From Chrysiogenales bacterium (GTDB taxonomy: Bacteria > Acidobacteriota > Aminicenantia > UBA2199): a DNA stretch of 64,000 bases. The stretch covers positions 65,695 through 129,694 of the forward strand of contig CAVOXU010000005.1 of the NCBI GenBank assembly GCA_963700535.1, read 5' to 3'. Shown one piece after another: positions 60,127 through 64,000 of the stretch (within the stretch, counting starts at the first letter, position 1; the number at the start of each line of letters is the position of its first letter). The notes beneath the pieces were generated by a model. That model was not told the origin of the DNA, did not search any database, and worked only from the letters and a program-made list of their open reading frames with translations. A program made the position numbers and the translations under genes.

Positions 60127-61336
60127 TCACCTCGCAGGCAGGATCAGGTTGACCCGAGTGCCTTGCCCGGAACTGTGGATTTCCAGGTCTCCCTTCAGGG
60201 TTTTCATGATGCTGTAGGAAATGTACAGTCCCAGCCCGGTGCCTTCCTTTTTGGTAGTGAAAAAGGGCTCCAACACCCTATCCTTGATAGCATCGGGAAT
60301 GCCCGGACCATTATCGGTTATGGCGATGATATGGCGGATGTTCTTGGGCAGGTCCTTGTATTCGCTGTAAATGCGGATATGGATGGCCGCGTTTTCCTGG
60401 CTGCTCAAGCGCTTCCAGGGCATTGAACAAAACATTGATAAAAACCTGTCGCAAGCGGTTGCCGTCGCTGGAAACCTGGATCTCTTTTTCAGCCTGAACC
60501 CGAACCTCTACCCGCGAGGGGATTTTGTTGGCCGGAATTTCCCCCAAGGTGCGCTCAATGAATTCACGCAGGAAAATGGGAGTGATGTGCAGGTCCTTGA
60601 ATTTGGAAAATACCAGCAGGGATTCGATCATCTGGTTGGCCCTGGCGATCTCACGGTTGATCGTTTCGTAAGTGCTGGTGATCTTTTCGTTGGCCGGCAG
60701 TTGTTTCTTCATGGTAGCAAGTTCGAAAAGAACGGTGGTCAGAGGCGTTCGCATTTCATGGGCCAGGGAGGCCGCCATTTGACCCAGCAGGACCAGGCGA
60801 TCGAATTTGAACAGCCGGTAATAATTTTTGTCGTTTTCATATTCCATCTGTTCGGCTTCGATCTGGGGAATGAACATGAGCGCTGCCGTTTGCGCGGCTT
60901 CGGTCAAAACGGAAACCGCTTTGCGGTCAGCGGCATCCACGGAGGCCAGCAGCAGACCTCGGAAATACTTGCGAGCGTGCAGGGGAATAACCAGGTTCAG
61001 CGAATTCCTGGCAAAGAAATCATCACTGTCACGGTTGAACAGGTCGAAATACATCCGATTATTGGCGTCGGCCAGCAGAAATTCGCTGCGGCCGGTGAAA
61101 CTTTCGATCAAATTGGCCTCTTCACTTATAAGCGGCAGCCCCGTTTCCTTGCCGTCAGCGCTGTAGGGCCGGAAAACGTTGCCTTCAGCATCCTTGTAAT
61201 ACAGTATGCAGCGCCGGCAAGGAAAATATTTTTGCAGAAGAACCGGGAAAGAGGGCAGAAAAGAACGAGCGCTGCGCGCTTCCTGGAGCAACAGGGCTGT
61301 TTGAATGAGGAATTCCTTGAGTTGAGATAGACGCAT
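60127..61336 (-). CDS. sensor histidine kinase with N-terminal GAF-like domain (one frame break near 60410)
   Basis: H-box SLAHEMRTPL, N-box FINVLFNALEAL, then ITDNGPGIP and GTGLGLYISYSIM in ORF 60127-60435. No TM segment seen. Its stop lies 2 nt before the regulator ATG. Confidence 0.8.
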
Positions 61337-61362
61337 TTTTTCTTTTTTTTCAGCGAATTTTT

Positions 61363-61391
61363 ACTATATACTGCAAACAAAGCCTTGTCAA
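61363..61391 (-). promoter_or_regulatory. candidate sigma-70 promoter for the kinase-regulator operon
   Basis: Minus strand reads TTGACA-N17-TATAGT, about 27 nt upstream of the ATG at 61336. Confidence 0.5.
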
Positions 61392-61546
61392 ACCCCGCTT
61401 TTTACTTGCTTTTTAGCGGCGGCTGTGTTATTTTTATTACTTACTTTTGGGAGTCAAAAATAGAAAAAGCCAAAAATCAATGAAGCTCACCACATTCTCA
61501 AAGGAAAAACCGTCTTCTTGTATAACGAAATAAGTTGGAGGTGTTC

Positions 61547-61936
61547 ATGGCCCAGGACAATCTGTTTTTCAGCAAAGATCACGAATGGCTGCGGGTTGAA
61601 GGAGACATGGCAGTGGTCGGAATAACTGATTATGCCCAGCATGAACTGGGAGACGTGGTTTTTGTTGACCTGCCGGCCGTGGGCACGGAATTAAAGAAGG
61701 GTGATCCCGGCGCCAACATAGAATCGGTCAAGGCCGTCTCCGATGTTTATGCCCCGGTTTCCGGAAAAATAGTTGAAGTGAACCAGAACTTGAGCAACGC
61801 TCCGCTATTGATCAACCAGGACCCTTTCGCTGCCGGCTGGATCTTCAAGATCAGCATGACCCAGGCGTCCGAATTGCAGGAACTCATGGACGCGAAAAAG
61901 TACGATGAATACCTTAAGGGCATAGCCGGGGAGTGA
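61547..61936 (+). CDS. gcvH: glycine cleavage system H protein
   Basis: GGAGG RBS plus the ATG at 61547. HEWLRVEGD, GITDYAQ and the lipoyl-lysine context ESVKAVSDVYAPVSG. Confidence 0.9.
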   Translation: MAQDNLFFSKDHEWLRVEGDMAVVGITDYAQHELGDVVFVDLPAVGTELKKGDPGANIESVKAVSDVYAPVSGKIVEVNQNLSNAPLLINQDPFAAGWIFKISMTQASELQELMDAKKYDEYLKGIAGE

Positions 61937-62013
61937 GTGATGATCTATCCGTCCCGAACCGATGCTTTCAGGGATGAAATAAGGAAATCCATCGCCAGCA
62001 AGCCGCTTATAGA

Positions 62014-62892
62014 ATGGCGCCGGGGAGAGAAAATTTGAGCTTCCAAAATGTGATTCTAAAACTTCAGGAGTTCTGGGCCGAAAGGGGCTGTTACATCGCC
62101 TCCGGCTACGACAGCGAGGTTGGAGCCGGGACCATGACTCCGGACACTTTTTTCCGGGTTTTAGGTAAAAAACCATGGCAGGTGGCTTACTGGCAGCCGG
62201 CGCGCCGTCCCGATGACGGCCGTTACGGCCAAAATCCCAACCGCGTGCAGAAGCACAACCAGTTTCAGGTAATTCTTAAGCCGGTGCCGGTCGACGGGCA
62301 ACTGCTGTTTTTGGACAGCTTGATCTATCTCGGCGTCGATATCCGCATCCATGATATCAAATTCGATGATGATAACTGGGCTTCGCCTTCTCTGGGGGCC
62401 TGGGGTGTTGGTTGGCAGGTGATGTGCGATGGGCTGGAGATCACCCAGTTCACTTATTTCCAACAGGCCGGGGGCATCGAACTGAATCCCAATTCCCTGG
62501 AGATCACCTATGGCGTGGAACGCCTGGCCATGTTCCTTGACGGCAAAAGCAATCTCTATGAACTGGATTGGGGCAACAAGGTTTCCTATGCCCATTTGAA
62601 GCTCGAGGAAGAACGGCAATTTTCCATTTATAATTTTGAATTGGCTGATATTGATATGATGCGCGACTTGTTTTTGCAGTACCAGAAGGAAGCCGAAAGA
62701 CTTTTGGACCGCAACCTGTTTCTGCCGGCATATGACTACGTGTTGAAATGCTCCCATGCCTTCAACATCCTGGACGCCCGCAAGGCCATTTCCGTGGCCG
62801 AGCGCACGGCGCTGATGGGCATCATGCGCAACCTGGCGGCCCGCATCGCCCAGAAATATGTCATGCAGACGGAAGGTGAAAACCATGGCTGA
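62014..62892 (+). CDS. glyQ: glycine--tRNA ligase alpha subunit
   Basis: FQNVILKLQEFWAERGC, QPARRPDDGRYGQNPNR and FQVILKP. The start could be the TTG at 62036. Confidence 0.9.
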   Translation: MAPGRENLSFQNVILKLQEFWAERGCYIASGYDSEVGAGTMTPDTFFRVLGKKPWQVAYWQPARRPDDGRYGQNPNRVQKHNQFQVILKPVPVDGQLLFLDSLIYLGVDIRIHDIKFDDDNWASPSLGAWGVGWQVMCDGLEITQFTYFQQAGGIELNPNSLEITYGVERLAMFLDGKSNLYELDWGNKVSYAHLKLEEERQFSIYNFELADIDMMRDLFLQYQKEAERLLDRNLFLPAYDYVLKCSHAFNILDARKAISVAERTALMGIMRNLAARIAQKYVMQTEGENHG

Positions 62893-64000
62893 TCTACTTT
62901 TTGAATTGGGAGTCGAAGAGATCCCGGCCCTTGCTGTCAGCGGCATCCGCGATCAATTGCGCGATCTTTTCCTTTCCCGGCTCGACCAGGATCAAATCCC
63001 CCATGGTGACATCGAATGCGTTGCCAGTAACCGCCGCCTGATGGTGCACATCGCCAAGATCCCGGAGAAAACTGCGAGCAAGGAAGAGACCGTGCTGGGT
63101 CCGGCCAAGCGCATTGCCCTGGACGATCGGGGATTGCCGACCGTGGCCCTGAAAAAATTCTGCGAATTCCAAAAGGTCAAGCTGACCGACGTGGTGGAGA
63201 TCGAAACCCCCAAGGGCAAATATTTGGGCATCACCCGGGTTGGGGGTGGGAGTGACGTGGCCACGCTGCTTACGGCCGGGATACCTGTCATCCTGGCCGG
63301 TTTGACTTTCGCCAAAACCATGGTCTGGAACGAGTCACGGCTGCCCTTCATCCGGCCGATAAAGAATATTTTGCTGTTGTTCAATAACAAACCCCTGGAT
63401 TGCGAATTTGCCGGGGTTAAATCGACAAACAAGGTGTTCGGACACCTGCTGCTGTCCGACTCATATTTTGAAGTAAATTCTTTCAAGGATTATATCCAGG
63501 GCTTGAGCAAGAATTTCATCATGCTCAAGGAAGAGGAGAGAAGAAGCAAAATTCTCGCCGAGATCCTTGATATTGAAGAAGAATTGGAATGCAAGGTGAA
63601 ACTGGATGATGAAATGCTGAATTACTACCTGTACAGCAATGAATACCCGGTGGTTTTCAGCGGCAGTTTCAATGCCAAGTACCTCAGCCTCCCCGCCGAG
63701 ATCATCACCACCTTCATGACCCACGAAAAAAAGCTGCTGCCGGTGACCGACCACTCCGGAAAGCTGACCAATCATTTCGTCGGTGTGGCCAATATTCCCG
63801 ATGAAAACAAAAAAGTCAGCCGCGGCAATGAAAAGGTCATTCAGGCCGCGTTTGAAGACGCCCAATTTTTCTGGGATATTGACCGCAAGCAAGATTATTT
63901 CGCCCTGAAACAGCTGTTGAAGAATGTCATGTTCCAGAAGGAATTGGGAACCTATTTCGAGAAAGTGGAGAGGCTGGCCGCCTTGGTCGATCTGCTGGTC
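62885..64000 (+). CDS. glyS: glycine--tRNA ligase beta subunit, 3' end outside window
   Basis: The ATG at 62885 overlaps the glyQ stop. My own translation reads MADLLFELGVEEIPA...NRRLMVHI...LPFIRPIKNIL...FEDAQFFWDIDRK with no stop to the window end. It is absent from the ORF track because it is open-ended. Confidence 0.85.
   Translation, partial: MADLLFELGVEEIPALAVSGIRDQLRDLFLSRLDQDQIPHGDIECVASNRRLMVHIAKIPEKTASKEETVLGPAKRIALDDRGLPTVALKKFCEFQKVKLTDVVEIETPKGKYLGITRVGGGSDVATLLTAGIPVILAGLTFAKTMVWNESRLPFIRPIKNILLLFNNKPLDCEFAGVKSTNKVFGHLLLSDSYFEVNSFKDYIQGLSKNFIMLKEEERRSKILAEILDIEEELECKVKLDDEMLNYYLYSNEYPVVFSGSFNAKYLSLPAEIITTFMTHEKKLLPVTDHSGKLTNHFVGVANIPDENKKVSRGNEKVIQAAFEDAQFFWDIDRKQDYFALKQLLKNVMFQKELGTYFEKVERLAALVDLLV

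Noticed and set aside
1162-61336. Programmed ribosomal frameshifting or stop-codon recoding as the explanation for the frame breaks
   Set aside because: The break sites share no slippery heptamer or downstream structure. Shifts go in both directions. Many sit in simple homopolymers. Reading through the in-frame stops gives nonsense sequence. Essential genes are hit. Indel error is more parsimonious.
61337-61546. Glycine riboswitch upstream of gcvH
   Set aside because: The spacer is A/T-rich. It lacks the GGAGAG...CACCG/ACCGAAGGGGCAA-type conserved segments and mostly serves the divergent kinase promoter.

Overview
I read this window as a mostly housekeeping chromosomal segment from a diderm bacterium. 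All calls come from reading the ORF translations and the DNA by eye. No homology search, covariance model or composition statistic was run.

Gene content, left to right:
- 1.1-7 kb: two paralogous secreted beta-propeller/PKD/FN3-like proteins flanking a periplasmic-adaptor protein that appears fused to an outer-membrane beta-barrel.
- 7-25 kb: an envelope-glycoconjugate island. It holds three GT-C-type membrane glycosyltransferase-like proteins, a flippase-like protein, an FAD oxidoreductase, two SAM methyltransferases, an AsnB-type amidotransferase, an epimerase and a sulfatase-like enzyme.
- 26-39 kb: a metabolic block with pepD, a DUF362/polyferredoxin pair, rpiB-glyA, a deoxynucleoside kinase plus panBCD, a PfkB kinase and an S46 peptidase.
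- 39.6-51.9 kb: tRNA-Ala(CGC), tatA-tatC, tsaB-rimI, an HD-GYP response regulator, ahcY-metK, ggt and an M48 peptidase.
- 51.9-54.4 kb: a PAS-GAF-PAS hybrid histidine kinase.
- 54.4-61.3 kb: a sigma-54-type regulatory locus.
- 61.5-64 kb: gcvH-glyQ-glyS.

Main observations:
1. About three dozen reading-frame breaks occur across the window, mostly at short homopolymers. They hit essential genes (metK, glyA), so most are probably indel errors, and I call those genes as merged spans. The breaks are very unevenly distributed.
2. Three copies of a 17-bp dyad, TGTCCC-N5-GGGACA, lie upstream of a near-consensus -24/-12 promoter. This promoter heads an uncharacterised locus that includes an ABC-ATPase homologue lacking every catalytic motif. 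A GAF-kinase/NtrC-type activator pair lies convergent to it.
3. Intergenic arrays of heptanucleotide repeats built on palindromic hexamers (TTCGAA, CGTACG) sit directly 3' of stop codons. One forms a ~220-bp composite inverted repeat.

I saw no CRISPR array, rRNA gene, transposase, prophage or recognisable defence system.
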